DNA of 58,464 nt, the filler included, from Bipalium vagum (taxonomy: Eukaryota), in the NCBI GenBank assembly GCA_037834085.1. It is 3 parts of 3 records of this genome, joined end to end, with 100 filler letters (N's around TTAATTAATTAA, not from the genome) between each part and the next. Parts side by side here need not be neighbours in the genome. Positions count along the whole stretch, not along the records: positions 23,585 to 41,484 come from JBBMKC010047081.1; positions 41,585 to 58,464 come from JBBMKC010088683.1; 1 more part is not named here. One strand, given 5' to 3'. The notes below the pieces were generated by a model. It was given only the letters and a program-made list of their open reading frames with translations. It ran no database searches and was not told where the DNA came from. Positions 38,215-53,700 of the stretch are shown here, one piece after another; the first letter of the stretch is position 1, and the number at the start of each line of letters is the position of its first letter. The position numbers were made by a program, and so were the translations under genes.

Positions 38215-40406
38215 TATCGGGTGGCTGAGAATAAATGGACACTTTAAAAAATGAATAAATTTATGGACATTTAAATAAAATATATAACGGTGAACAACAT
38301 GATTATATAATTACTAAACTTAATAAATTAATCAACTACAATATTTCCTTCATTTTGTTGTACTCTAAAACATCTTTTAGTCCATGAATCCATACTGTAC
38401 TTTAAAACATCTTGTCTAATTTTCTTGATTCCTTTCAAAATTTCTTCTTTAAGTGTGCTTTTGTTTACAATTTTTCTCCAATCCATATTTCAACACAGAT
38501 CCGTACAAATCGAATAATATAACGGCTTTAAATCAAGACTATTTGGAGGCCACTTTTCAGAAGAAATAAATGATTTAAAATGAGTTTTACACCTATCTTT
38601 TACACGTTTTGCTATATGAGTAGTATATTCATCTTGTTGAAACATCCAATTATCTCTCAAAAAATTTTTATTTTCTTTGTGTGCTACTGGTAATAAATTT
38701 TCAATATACGTATTAAAATTTACTTTTCCCTCTAGGAATACAACTTTATGATTCCATTGTAATGTTAAGATCCTAAAAAGATATAAAATATGTGAAGCTG
38801 TGCGTTTAGGTTTTAACGACGAAGGTTACTTTTAATTAAATTAGTTGAGATAAAAATTTAAACTTAAAAGGTAGATTTTTAAGAAAATGATATTATTTTA
38901 CAAAATCATGAATATCGTCCTTGATGGATATTTTAATTGATTTTTTGTTATTATTAGAGGCTTTATTTAAGAAAAATCCTCTCGCTCTTAGGTTCAGAGG
39001 TTTTCAATAAAGAAAAAAATTATTTTACCGCCGTACTTAGAGTGTAAAATAAGAAAAGTACAAAGAAAAAACTGAAGAAACGGGAGATTTAAAATTACTT
39101 GATTCTCAAGTCTTGGCTTGAGTATTTATTTATTAAGAATAAATTTTATTTTGTCTAACAAAACAGGTTTATTTTAATTACAATATTTATTGGGATAAAT
39201 GATATAAAAATAATTATGAAATCTATAAGGATCTTGAGTCAAGTCTTTTGTTATTTAAGTTATACTAATAAATATTTAAAAGAAAACTTTGTTTCTTTTT
39301 ATAATAAAAATTCTTATTTTTCTTAAAATATTAATTACTTTTTTTCTTTATATTATTTCTTTGCACGCTTTACTTCTTTTTAAGGATTCTTACTTTTTTA
39401 TTTTCTTTATTGCCTGCCATTTTAAGGAATTGTTATTTATTTTTTGTTATTTTTTCTTAGTAATTTTCATTTGTCCTTAAATATTTATTTTTGTTTTATT
39501 TACAGATATACAAATATATTATTTTTTTGTTTAAATTATACATATATCCATCAAAGACGATTTATATTATAATTTCACCAAATAGTAAAATACCACTACA
39601 ATATTTTTATTAACAAACACAAGATATTATTCACATGAGTGATTTAATAAAAGTTATATAATCACTTGAGGGATAACCAGATGAATTATTTTATTGTTTA
39701 AGGTAATTACAAAAAAAATTGCTTCATTTGATCTTTGGCGGTTGATTTTGGTTGGAATATCCTCTGTTGGCATTGATTTGGTTAATTTGGGTTGAACTGG
39801 TGTCATTGGTTGTGTTGATGGGAGTCTCCATAGAAACATGCACCCATTCATATGGAAGGAAAATTAGGTTTTGATGAATATTCTGTAAATCAGCCTCAGA
39901 TCTAGTTGGAACCCATATATTTGTGGGTTTTGAATTGTAATCACCTTTGATAGTAAGCTTTTTTTCATCAGAGAATAGAATCTTCCGACAATCATTCTTA
40001 CGAATACTTTTCACAACAAATTCACAAAACCAATTCTTTTCTTTTTATGCAAGGATGTAAGATAATGTATTAACTGTTGGCTATACGGTTTTAACTGCAA
40101 ATCTTCCTTCAAAACACATTGTAAAGTACTTCTATGCAAATCTCGCATTTCGGCAATTACTCTTGTTGATTTTCTCACATATTTCTGTTTCAAAAGTTGT
40201 TTCACGTTTTATATTACTTCTTTTGTCCTTGATGTTCGTTTGCGACATGTAGTGGATTTGAGTAATACTTAACCCTACTTGTTGAATCTTCTGATCCATC
40301 GTTGTAATGTAGACTTTGAAACATACACCCATAAATGGTTTGATATTTCTCGAAAATAAAACAAATTAATTAATCACGTGTCTTATTTATTTTGAGCCAC
40401 CCGATA
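38215..40406 (-). mobile_element. maT/DD37D-type element interrupted by a ~1-kb insertion
   Basis: Matching TIRs TATCGGGTGGCT[G/C]A[G/A]AATAAAT. ILFSDEK lies on one side and WMFQQD-(37)-Y with WPPNSLDLKPL on the other. Confidence 0.85.
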
Positions 40407-41484
40407 CTTTTAAAAGTTAAATAAAATAAAGATTGATGAAAATTTTGGTATCTTTACGATTAATATTTATTTTTTTTATTGTGAGTTAAAATAAAATCAT
40501 TAATTTGTTTGGTATGAAAAATGTTCTGTGATTGAATATAAAAACTTATAAACCTTTCCTTATTTGAAATGTGAATTTTAATAACACATTTTAAAATTTT
40601 CATTCTTTCTCTCAGGACAGTATTTTGTGTATATCGAAATTGAAATATATATATTTTAATTTTTAAAAACAAAATTTATCTTATTCCCTTATAAGTAATG
40701 CTGAGTTTCAATCAGACTGAATCAAAAATATTAAATAAATTTAACAATATGTTATTAAAATATTAAGAAAGAATCATGAGAGTATCTGAAACTTGATAAC
40801 TAATATAAATAGATTTCAATTTTCTAATAATATTTCAAAAATTTTATTTATTTTAACTTTTTAAAATTTATCTTTTAAAAAGGAAACAAAATATTTATTT
40901 ATTTAAAAGATCGAAAAATTATTTTATACTAAAAATATTAATTAGGCTTAAGTTTCACATAGAAAAGTATAATTATTAAGAGGTTTAAAAATAAATTCAT
41001 TTTAATAATAAAATATCTTGCACTTTTTTTAAAAAAATAGTAAGAGAATTTTTTTTAATCAATTTGACTTAAAATATAATTAATCTTCCAATAAGTTTCT
41101 TTATATTATTAGTTAACCAAATAAGTTCTTGCTATTTTTTATAAAATTGATATTTCATTAAATATTTATTTCTCAGAAAAACAATTATTTCTATTAGATT
41201 ACTTTAATTCCAGCATGTAATTTGATATTTAAAATATCCTTAATTCATATTAAAATTTTTTAATATTCAAAATTCAATCATTTGTTTTTGCTTTCTGTAT
41301 GAATCTAAGATTTGGTTTAATACTTCAGAAACCATTCGAAAATTTTGCCCAAATATTTGATTAAAGTTAACATTTCACAGTTTTGTTGAGGTTCGACTTA
41401 CTTTTTCTTTTGGCGAAAAATAAAATTTAAATAATACGCTGGCTAATTTAAAATTAAGTATTTTAATTATTAATTTAAAATTAA

Positions 41485-41584
41485 NNNNNNNNNNNNNNNN
41501 NNNNNNNNNNNNNNNNNNNNNNNNNNNNTTAATTAATTAANNNNNNNNNNNNNNNNNNNNNNNNNNNNNNNNNNNNNNNNNNNN
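41485..41584. other. Artificial contig linker/gap
   Basis: N44-TTAATTAATTAA-N44. Confidence 0.98.
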
Positions 41585-41595
41585 AATAATAAGAA

Positions 41596-41663
<68 letters not shown>

Positions 41664-41711
41664 TCAATAGTTGAACATTTTTTACTGTTTCATTTTTATA
41701 TTTAATTTCAT

Positions 41712-44700
41712 TTATTCGAGTGTAACTGCTTTTTCTTGAGATTTTTTGAAATAATACTGTCTGTTTTCTTCTAAAGCTTCAAGCATATCCTGGGTATCAG
41801 GATAAACTAATTCTGACCATGTTTCCCAAAGTGGATGGACAATAAAATCAATGAAACTAACCTAATTGAATAATAATATAACCAATAAAATATTTGTTTC
41901 CATAAAAAATACAGAAAAAATATGGAATAGTTATAAAAAAAATTAACACTAAATTTTAAATTTATTATTTTTTTTAATTAATTTTTTAGATTTCTCATAA
42001 GACGTTATGCTATAATTATATATGTTAAGTGCGGATTGCTTGAGGATGATCTTTAGAAAAACGGGAAAATTAATACACCTTACTTCATTGTTTGATTTGA
42101 ATGTCGATTTAATAAGTAATCAATTATCATGTTGTCATACTTTAAAATTTTATGCATTCTTCAGATCTAATCTAAGTTATTTTGAAGAATTAATCATTTT
42201 ACGCCAAAAGGAATACAAATAAAATTTATGTGTTAATAAATTATTAACAGATTATTGAAATGAAAATTTTAAAATAATTGTTATATATAGAGGAATAATT
42301 TTTAGTTTTTAAAATATTAAATTCATTAATATAAAATCTGTTATTGGATATATTTGTTAAAATATTGGTAGAATTTCAATTAAATATTAAGTACATATGA
42401 GTTGTTCAAATCATATAATATTAGGGGTATTCATAAGTTCACATCGTCTTAAGACGAAAAATTTTTATTAATATTCTTACAAATTACACAGTATATTCAA
42501 TCAAAATATTTTCAAAATATTCACAACCTTTTCTCATCTTTCAGGTAAAAGATGGATACCCTGATGAAAAAAGTCTTTATTCTTGGATTGAATAAAGTTA
42601 TCGATGAATTTCCGTACCTCTTCAATATTCCCGAATCGTGTTTTCGAAATACTGTGCTGCATGGAACGAAATAGGTTAAAATCTGACGGGGAGACATCTG
42701 CAGAATAAGCCAGGTGGGGTAGAACTTCTCATTTTAATCCCATCAATGTTTCCTGGGTTCTTAATTCAACATGCGGTCTGACATTGTCATACAGAAGAAT
42801 CACTTTTTCCTGTTTGATGGCATAATATGGCCGTTTTTCAATTAATTTCTCTTCCAACTGCTTCAATTGGCAGCAATATAATAATTCCGCAGTAGTAGTT
42901 TCTGAAGTTTTAACAGTTCATAATAAAGAACTCCATACATGTCCCACCAGATATAAAGAAGAGCTTTGTGACCATGAATATTTCCTTTCGGTTGTAATGT
43001 GCTTGGCTCTCTAGGATTTAAATAAAAAACTAGTGGCGTATATGCATTTTATCTACTTTCATTATAATTTCTGCAAATGAATTGGTAAATTTAAATTAAT
43101 TATCAAATTAATGCTATAAATATCATCAATATTGACAGACAAAATAAAAATTTTTAAATGTCATATTATTATAAAAATTACTTAAATTTCACATGTACAT
43201 CAGCGATGTGAACTTATACATCCTCTAATAGATCTAGATACATACCCCAAGATTTGGTAGGCCTAAATCTAAAATGTTAAATATTAAAAAGTATTTAAAT
43301 TTTATAAAGATCCTTTTATGGCAGTAAATAAGATATCTTTGAATACACAAGCCTCAAAACAGGAAATAAAGAAAAAGGTGAATCCATTAAACTAAAACTT
43401 ATAGGAAAAAATCATCGAAAAGACTGGAGATAATCCTTAAGATATTACAATCTTCAAGAAATACATCTCTCAATTGACATGTCCTTACTATTATACTTAG
43501 ACGTAGTAACGTGTGATCAGGACTCCTCACTTTTATAAAATGTTGTGTCCGTCCTCTCAATCTTATCTGAATCAAAAAACCCACAAAATACTATATATCT
43601 GCATTTTAAGAACTGAATCAAACGTCCACAATAAAACTTTTTAGATAAAAACACAATCCCAAATATACTGATCACCACGATAATTCCTAGTAAGTTCAAT
43701 AATAGAAAATAAATAATAATAAAATAAACAAACTACTGTTAATAAGATGAGAGAGAAAGAGAAAATCACCAAGAGAAATTTGGAAAGTATTACCGGAAAA
43801 CAAAAATAAACGGTCTCACCAAGAGCGACAAGGGGTCCCCGGGTTGTCCTCTAGGCCCTTCTAAGGTCGCCTATGGGTTCCCAAGCTCGTTCGGTCCTAT
43901 TGTGAAATCATTCTGCATTGTCATGTTCACGGAAATTCTGATATACCTGCGTCATCGTCCTGAATTCGTAGTTTTCTGTAGTTTTTCCTGACGTTATTAG
44001 CGTTAGTAGGCGAATTGATGGGAATAGCCGTCCCTTTATATAATCTTAGAGATTGGGCTACGATCACCAATCCCTACGCTCTGAGACGGCTATTTCCACC
44101 AATAGACTCTAATTGCTATTTTGCTTCCACGTTGAGGCAAAAGAATTTAGTAACTCTAACGACGGAGTACTATTCCTATTCTTAACCTCGAAGCCGAAGT
44201 TAATTACTATAATAATAATAATAATAACAGCAAAGGCACTGATTATTATCATTATTGTTATTAACACTATTAATGTTATTGTTACTTTATTATTATTATA
44301 ATTATTATCGTTATTGCTACTACCTTTCCAATTAAAACCGGGATTATATTACCAGGGTTATTATTATTATTATTACAACTCTATTATTATTAATATTACA
44401 ACTCAACAGATGTGAATATGGAAATGAAAATAAAGATATTATGATTTTTTTAGAATTTAAGACTTAATATGATGGGTGAAAGATAAGTGGAAATTCTCCC
44501 ACATTAGGAAATAAAGAATATATAAAAATTAAATGCATTAGTATGAGAATTTCATAATATTATAATTTTAAATTATGAAAATTAAAACAAGTTGACTAAT
44601 TTAAAATAAGCATAACACTTCTGTTGTTAATACTAGATATATACATATCTACTTGATTACAAAAAATTCTGAATTATTAATCAAACCTGCGATTTTTCCA

Positions 44701-47700
44701 AAGATGCACTTTGTCTATCACACATAGGACTGATTTCTAAATCATTTGCTCTTTCTTTATCTCCCTGAAGATAAAATTCTTCCATCACTCTATCATTCCA
44801 CATTTTATAAATGTCTAAAGGTTTTGTTGGATTGCTCAAATCAGCACAATGAATAAGATTTTGTAATATCTGCAAAACGCATCAATAATTAAGAACAAAT
44901 GTTCAATAATATTTAATTAATTTAACAAATGAAATTAAAAATGATTAATAATTTCATTTTTATAATGACTGTATGACCTTATTGTGAAAACTTATAAATT
45001 ATAATAAATGAAAAATATATAAAAAATTAGGAAGAATGATATCAAAAGTTTTAAAATTGATAAAGAAAATGGATATGTAAAAGTAAATAAAATACTACAA
45101 AATATAGGAGAAGTATAGTTTTTAAATGGTGGGAAAAATGAAAAATGGATAAGTATAATACACCAATTCCAATTAAGGATGATCAACCTGATTATATAAA
45201 AGATAAATCAGATCATAGTTTGGTTGACATTGGATTTGAGAAACTTAAAAGAATGATAAAATATTAATTCATCCAGTTTGGAAAATTTAAAAGAGAATCA
45301 CAAGGATCAAATTACTGAACACAAGAATTATTAAAATGATACGGATACAGTGAAATAAAAAAAATTTTAATGATGAATTCAAGTGGTTCAAAATATAAAA
45401 TTTCAGATACCATTAAAGAATCATTAAAGAAAACTTCAGTAACATCAGAGGCAATGAATTTCTTAAAATAAAAAAAATCAAGTTAATATCATTAACAAGT
45501 TTATTTATAATTGATATGTTTATCCATACATTTCATTTACAGGGTTTAAAGTGTAAATTAACGAGACTAAACCTTTAAATTTAAATAACTACAATTTGCA
45601 TAAAACATAAAAGAACAAACATTTTTTCTTTAAAAATTTTTCTTCCTTATCTCTTTCAAAACAATTAGTCTTACAGGTTTATGCAGAAATAGATAGAAAC
45701 ATATTTAGAAATATATAATGGAAATAAATTATTGTCTCACCAAGGTTTTTCTATAAACCGCCTCATGGTGCGAAAATAATCACTTAAATCTATATCGTTA
45801 TGCATGAGTACTTGAGTAATCAATCGTCCTGATCTATAATGGTTCTCATAAAGGATGATACAGTATTTGCGACTTGTAGCTGAGGCGAGTATGGTGACAG
45901 AAATCTGTAAGTAATATCTCGTTCTGTCAGCAACTTAATAACATCTATGCGGTGATGGAACCTGCAATTGTCCATCACCAATACATCCCCAGGATTTCGA
46001 TCGAAATGATTGCATAGCTTGTCACTAAAAAGGTTCATTGAAAGATCCGTCTTTGATTTCGAAGCATAAAATTCCTATAAATTTGATTTAATAAAAACCA
46101 GATGACAAAACAATGAAACCTGACATTTTACTAACAACCATGCAGCTGATATTTTTGGCTGACTAAAATGTGATCAAATTTAAATAGAAAAAATCAATTA
46201 TTTTTTCCTATATATTTCTGAATATGTTTCTATATATTTCTGCGTAAACCTGTGATACTGGAAAAATTCATAACAATCTTCATTATACAAATGCATTACA
46301 AAATATTGCCTTCACTTTTTTTATAATTTGTCGAAAGAATACACCAGACATAAACGTTCCCTCAAGAAATCCGCAAATTTTAATGAGTTGAAAGCGGTAT
46401 TACTTACTTTAAAATGTTGAATATCTTCTTTATACCGAAATATTTTTGGATCTTATTTACCTAAAGGACTTTATACTGGGAACTCCAATAAGGTTTCTGC
46501 CATAATGGACTTGTATACTGCAACTTACAACAAATTAATCCAGAAAAATTTATTTATTTTCGTTTATAACGATGTATTTGCTGCAGTATAACACAAGCGG
46601 GTGTTAATAATAATGAGCTGTATTTCGTGCCTGGAACAAAAGATACTTTTAAAATGTATAATTCATCTCGTTGATAGACGAGCTAATTGTGACAAAACTA
46701 ATCGAAATATTTAATTCATATACCAATTTTGATTTGAGATGGCGTAAGGGAATGCTGATATTTTTATAAATATCATTTCTAATTAGATCCTGATCCTTTT
46801 CATTAATATTCTTAGGTTTACCTGTACATTTTTAAATGCTTCAATCCCGCATGTAGTTTAAAAATGAATATAACTGAAGATACAGTATTTACATTTATAT
46901 CCAGTTCTAGGCTAATTATGCTCGGCTCCAATTTGATATTTTCATACTTTTGTTTGACAAGTACTGATCATGCTTTTTCTTATTTTAATTTTTACTTTTA
47001 AAATTTTCTTTAAAAATTAACAGCTTAAACAACCGTAAATTTAATTTTAAAAATTGTTAATTTTCACTAAACCATGTAAATGTCATTTTAAAACTCGAAT
47101 TGCTTAGTATTCATAAATATTCAAAAAATATAGATATTCAAAAAAACAGAAATATTAACATAAAGTATAAATGAAGTATTAAATTGAAGAACGAAAAGAA
47201 AGAAAATATGCAAATTAAAAGAATGGTGAAAAAAGAAAGAATATGTCATAAATATTTCGAAGTTGACAGAAAAATATATTCAGAATAGGGCATTTGATAT
47301 AATAAAATATTTTTGATTTATGGTTTGTCGTGTTGTTGTGGTGGTGGTGTGGTAGCGGCAGCATCAGTAGAGATAACAGCAAGTATATGTCATTGGCTTG
47401 TAGTCACCCAAATGATATTGAAGAATTCAAGCTTCCATGTGGAGGGACGTTCATTCTCTCTATTAATTATCATTTTTATGATTTTTTTTTCTTCAAAAAA
47501 TAGATTTAAAGGATAATTAATTAGTCAGCCCAGACGAATACCTTTGGGCTGAGCTGAATAATTAAAAAGCTCCAAGTTATCTATTAACTAATGGAAATGC
47601 GAATAACCATTGACTGGTGAAGAGATTCTGACTTCTATTTAATGGAGTAGCAGAATCTATACGACAAAAGAGAGTTAGTTGAAATGTTGAACTTGAAATT

Positions 47701-50700
47701 GTGATAAAATTGAATATAGAATCGAATTCGGAGTAAATTGGGCAAACTAGAAAGAAAAATTGGCAGGATCAAAATTGGTTGAACCTTCAGTGATTATCTG
47801 TTGCGTTTATTTTCCCTTCAATAGTTATCGAATAAAATTTGTTGGTTATTATTTTTATTTTTGCAAACATAACGAACATACCAAAAGAAAAAGATTCGAG
47901 TCAGAGACCGTGAGACCAGGGATAAAAATTTTAAAAATGGTTAACATTCACGGTCTAATCTAAGAAATTATTTTTCAGAATGACAACGTCGATCTAAATA
48001 TCTCAAAATTATAAAACTGCAATTCCTAGATACAATTGGAATTATTGTTTCAACATGTTTATATATCAGATAAAACTCAATTTGATAGTCCTGTAGTATG
48101 TTGAATCGAAAAAAATATAAAAATTACTTGAATTCTATCTGTATATGTATCAAGAGTAAGTATTCCAGACCCTGAAACCTTTTTGGTTTCAACCATTGTT
48201 TTCAGATCGGCAAGAAGAGTCATATGTTTGGACATGTCAGTAGCTAAAACCTAAAATCAAAATATATGAGAATATTTAATTTCAAAAGATTTAAGATACT
48301 AAAATACTGGTACATAAAAATACATTTTAAAATATGAAAAATTAATATATTCAATTTTGCATACATTTTCTAAAGGTAGAATTTATTTATGTACGAAACT
48401 TTGAAATAATATAAATCAAGGCAATGTGTACCGTGATATATGAAAATCAAGTCTTATGGTGTAAAATTTTATAATATCTGAAATTTCGTTCCAGTTCAAA
48501 CAAACAAATCAAAAGGTATGTTAAATGTAACTTTAACCAAAAGCAAAATTATGAAGTACAACATGAAATACAAAAAATATTGATTATTATTATGACGAAA
48601 ATAGAAACGACTTATGAAGATCACAAAATTGATTTTTATTTATCAGAATACAGCTTCTCTATTTTTTCTCGAAGTTGGTTGAAACTGGGTATTCAATACC
48701 GGTTTTTCAATAATTTACCGGCCAAAAATGTACAGAAACATTTATTGGTTAAAAAACTCGGTTAACCGGTAAATTAGGTAAATTAAAATCTAAAAAATTA
48801 TTATTATTTAAATTTGAATTGAAAATAGTTTAGTCACTCAATTTTTAAAAGAATTTAAATAAATATTAGGTCGTCTCAAAAGTAACGTTGATTTTTATGA
48901 GAAGTTAGATGATAAAACATTAACTTAAAATACACAAACCTAATCACAACTATGTTGAACAATTTCACTCCATTTACAATATAATTTCATTATGCCAGCC
49001 TCGTAAAAGTTTTTACTCCTCGAATCGAAAACTTTGTGCAAAGCCATATTAGCAGAATATAAGAATTGTTCATAAGAATTAATTTTTTTGCGGGCTAAAA
49101 AACTGCATTGACCGGAATAAATGGTAATCGGGTGGTGCAATGACCGGACTATATACAGGGTGAGGTAAAGTTCCCAGTCAAACTCCTTAATGTTCTGGAG
49201 TGATTTCTTTGCGAAATGCGGTCGCACGTTATCTTGATGGAAAATGATTCTTTTTCTCTTTACCAAAGCTGAGAACATAACTTCAATTTTGTGCTTAATC
49301 TTTCTAACTGCGCACAGTAAACATCTTCAGTTATGGTTTGACCATGTTGGAACAACTCGAAATAAATTATACCACGAGCACACCACCAAACATATAGCAA
49401 AACCTTCTTTCACTAATATTTTGTTTTGCAGTGAGTTCAGTTGTTTGTTCAGGTGAAACCCATCGCTTTTTAGGACTACAGTTGTCATTTATAATACACT
49501 TTTACTCACTAGTTACAATGTGGTCTATGAAGTCTTGATTATTCTGCCTTAAAATGAGCATTCCTCTTAGAACAGTTGTAAATTCAAAAGATTTAAGTTC
49601 TTTATTGATTAGTAGTGGTCATTTACTACAAAAATCAGTCCAAACTTTTAGAAGTCTTATTTTAACTAATACAGAAAAGGTTAGACGAAGCATTTAAAAA
49701 GAATTAAACGAGAAAACGGAAAAAGAAAACCTTTTCTCACTTACATTTTATGAGTGGTCTTCGTTACGCAATCGTGGATACTTACTTGTATATGTAAAAT
49801 TAAATATCCACAATTGTTCTCAATTCTACAATATGGAATTAGTTCGTACAGAAGGACCAATGTCTGCAGAAAAATGTATTTACCTGCTTGAGAATACGTT
49901 ATCTAAATTTTGGTTACGTCTCGATCAATGTGTCGGTATTACAACTGACGGAGCGGCAGTGATGATAAAACTTGGCAAGGAGAAGACTGAATATCAATTA
50001 TGTTTGGCTCATGGAATTCAGTTTGCGGTAGATTTTCTATATGGAAATGCTAAATATTCGCATTTAGCTATGAGCTTTTTACCACACAATATGGCGTAAG
50101 TGTGCTAAGTGATGAGGATAGCGAATCCATTGGAGACTTGTGGGAAAGAGAAGATAACAACTCTAGATGCTTTGACAAATTTAATATTTTCTGTAGAACG
50201 ACAGAAACTGGTTCTAGATTAAAAATGAACATCCAACCGGTAATTTCCAAAATTAGAAACCGTGAGTATGTTTTGACACCCCCAGTATAAAATGATAAAA
50301 TCTTGCGAAGCATGTTAAGGATGAGTTTGAAAAGAATTTAGTTTTAATAATGGATAATAGTTTATTTGATATGTTACATAGATTTATTATGTTTAAAAAT
50401 TGTGTCCGTAAAGAATTAATAGATTTGAGTTCTAATTTATTGTTTATAGAAGAGAAAAAAACATTTTTATCTCACTTTCGAGACGGACTTCATCCAATTA
50501 AGATTGCTGTAGAAAAGCTTTGTTTTCATAGTACAGCTCTCAAAATACGACTTTAAGCAATGCCCTTAAGGAGGGATTGTTTGAATGAATTAAACAGAGA
50601 AGAACGAATAACTCAAATATACTTTTATATTTAAATAATTCAAAGAATATAACAACAGAATTTTTAATAAGAAAAATAGTAATTGCCCAAGAAAAAACTT

Positions 50701-53700
50701 TAAATTCACAATTCAATAGATGTTGATGTTAATGACAAATCTCATTAGAACTTGCTTTTAAATTTTTAAGTACAATTCAGCCTACAGTTATTAAATCGGA
50801 ACGTGTATTCTCTGCAGTGGGAAGGGTTTGTATAAAAATTAGTTCCAGATTAAACAAAAACACTTTAGATACCTTTTGCTTACTGAGAGTACATTTTCAA
50901 CGAATACGAAAGATGAGGGACAATTATTTATCTGAATAAATAGATATTGTTTTATAAAATATAAACTTTTCCTTAAGAAATTAAAGTTATTTAATTGTTT
51001 ATTTATTTACAAAATATTAAAATAATAATATTACTATTGTTTTCAGTATAAATGAACTTTCAAATCAAAGTGAATTTTATTTATTTATTATTTACCAAAT
51101 GTACCGGTCGGCAAATTGATTGTACTAATTGAAACTCCTTACGAGCTATTTCTCCGTCATTACAAAAGTTATGTGACCTAGTCCCAATTACCTGTCTGTA
51201 GCAACTATTTCAAAAAGCAATACAACGGATAAAACATCCGTTCCCGGACAATCAGTTGTAAGCTAAGTTGACTATAAATTCCATTAGTTAGATATTTTAA
51301 AAATGAAACAATGAAAATACAATTTCTTGATTGATTCGTGAAAATATTTTATTAATGAAGAAAAAATTGATTGCCGATATATTGACTGCTGAATTTATAT
51401 AATTTTACTACAATTTACGGATATCGTCCGTTTTATTTTATAAGGTTTATTGTATTTCAATAATTGGAAAGTCCAAGAAAACATTAACAATTTAGTAAAA
51501 AAATAATTAGCCTATATGTGAACAATTATTAATATATGTGTGATTAGATATTTCATCGTTCATGGATATTTTTTTCCAATTCAGTTATGATTAAATATAT
51601 CTACAAGTTAAAATTTCTGAAATTTTAGCAAAATCAACAAACCATATCGATCACCATTCTCCGCATGGACTGTCTGTGCCTTTTACTGAGAGTTGCTAAG
51701 AAATCGCATTCATCTTTTTCTACCAAAGAGAATGCCATCGATAAATGATGATTTTCCAAAACAGAAATATCGTTGTAGAGAGTGGCCAGTTCGCTATCTA
51801 CAGAAAAATTTCAAAAATTTATGGGTAATTCCAAAAATTTTGTCTTATAATTAATAATGAAATATTTTTCAGTTCCTTTAAGAAATAATTTATATTTGAT
51901 TTTACAGAAATCGATTTTAAGACTTCTTATTAGTTTATTAATCTTTAAGTAAAACACTTGTTGAAGGAACTATTGCTTCGAAGATAACAAAAATATCACA
52001 AAAAATCACAAAATTAATTACGTAGAGTATGATCATCTTTTAAAACCATGAGTTAGAGTGGAGCTGGTGTTCCGTGGTCTTCATTCAATGTCAGGTTTTT
52101 TCCTATTTGTTAATTGTAAACCTTTTATACATGACTTCATAATTAAAATATTTTTAAAAAATCAAAATTAGGTGAGATGCCATGGACAATCATGAATGGT
52201 ATAATTAATTGTTACGAAAAAAATTGCAGTGTAGATGGATATGGCAATACGTATTCGCCAATATCAATTAGTAAAATAGTTTTAAAAGATTAATTACTAA
52301 ATATATATCAAAACTTTAGAGTATTGTATTCAATGACCGAAGGTATGAAAAAAAAATTTTTAGAAAATGGTGCATGGCAAGCTTATTAAATATCAAAAAT
52401 GGAAAATAATAGCACAGAACACACTGAAGCTGTAGCAAATTGTCGAGAAAAGGTTTTTTAAAGAATACAAAGATTTTTCTGATTCAGACTCAACTTGGTC
52501 TCTAAAACATGTGTGAGTGCTTTTTTTAATTTTGCATATCCTTTTAATTAATATTTATAAAAAATCGAAATAAATTATTACTTGTATTAATAAGATACTG
52601 ATTCGTAACTCCTGGGTGATCCATATCATGTATAATACTGGCGAAAATGACAGACAATAGTTCGAGATCTGTGAATACATTCTATCTCAAAATAAATTAT
52701 TTATAAATATTATCAATTTTTAATAATACTAAATATATTATATTCCTTAGAATTACCTCTAATGCAGGACTTCTGAGAAGTATGTTTGCAGATTGCGTAA
52801 CATCTGCTGCATGAATATTATTATGATATGGAACCTTTGGGCGATAAGTTCTTTCAGCTTTTATCAAAAATTGAATTAGAATTTTTTCATCAATTTGAAA
52901 TTTAAATATAAGATTTTGTTGCTACACACGAGTAAATTATAATCTATTCATACGTATATCTACCTTAAAAATTGCATAAGAAACCACTGTAAGGGACTGT
53001 TTCCCTGTTAGCTCTTCAAAACTAAACAGATTCATTCCCCATCTATTTAAGTCTTCATCCAGAATCTAAATAAGTAATTTGAATAGAAACATTAATATAT
53101 TGACGTTTAATCATTAATCACTTTTAAGACTTCATCTTCATTTGTAACATGAACTCCAAGATAAGGGACATCTGCTTCTTCATCTACAACACCAGATTCA
53201 AAAACTACTTCTTCCTTAAATAAGGTGTCTGTATCTAGTTTAACACGATTGAGTACAGGATCCGTGTTAGCTTTGGTTAATTTTACGCTTCGTCTTACAC
53301 TTTCATTTCTTAAATTCTTCTGCTTATCGTTGACATCATTCTCGAAAGAGGAAGATTCTTGTATGGAGTCATCCATTTGAGGATCAAGAAAAGTTTTACA
53401 AATATAATCAGATATTTGATGTCCAGATTTAGAGCTATCTGCAACTTGACTGAGTTCTCGGTTAATTATTTGTTTAAACTAAATGTAAGAAAAAGTGATA
53501 TTTTTAAAATAATTATAGTTTGTAGATTTAACATTAAATAATAAAATTGCAATTAAAAATACTATTATTTTTTAATTATTATTTATGTTATTAGATAACC
53601 AAATCGAAACCCTAGGCAAATTTAAGGATATGAATAAATACATTGGATATCTTATTGTTTATTCATTTTCTTACGACTTTATATATAATTTATGTTTATG

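Noticed and set aside
23485-41584. Identical TTAATTAATTAA motifs within N runs, exactly 18,000 bp apart; apparent linkage of AP1S, sFRP and PDE4
   Set aside because: These are artificial six-frame-stop linkers. Adjacency and orientation across them are not reliable biology.
39289-45186. Short hydrophobic ORFs (e.g. 39289-39480, 44113-44301, 44992-45186)
   Set aside because: F/I/L-rich translations of T-rich or ATT-repeat DNA, with no splice or domain support.
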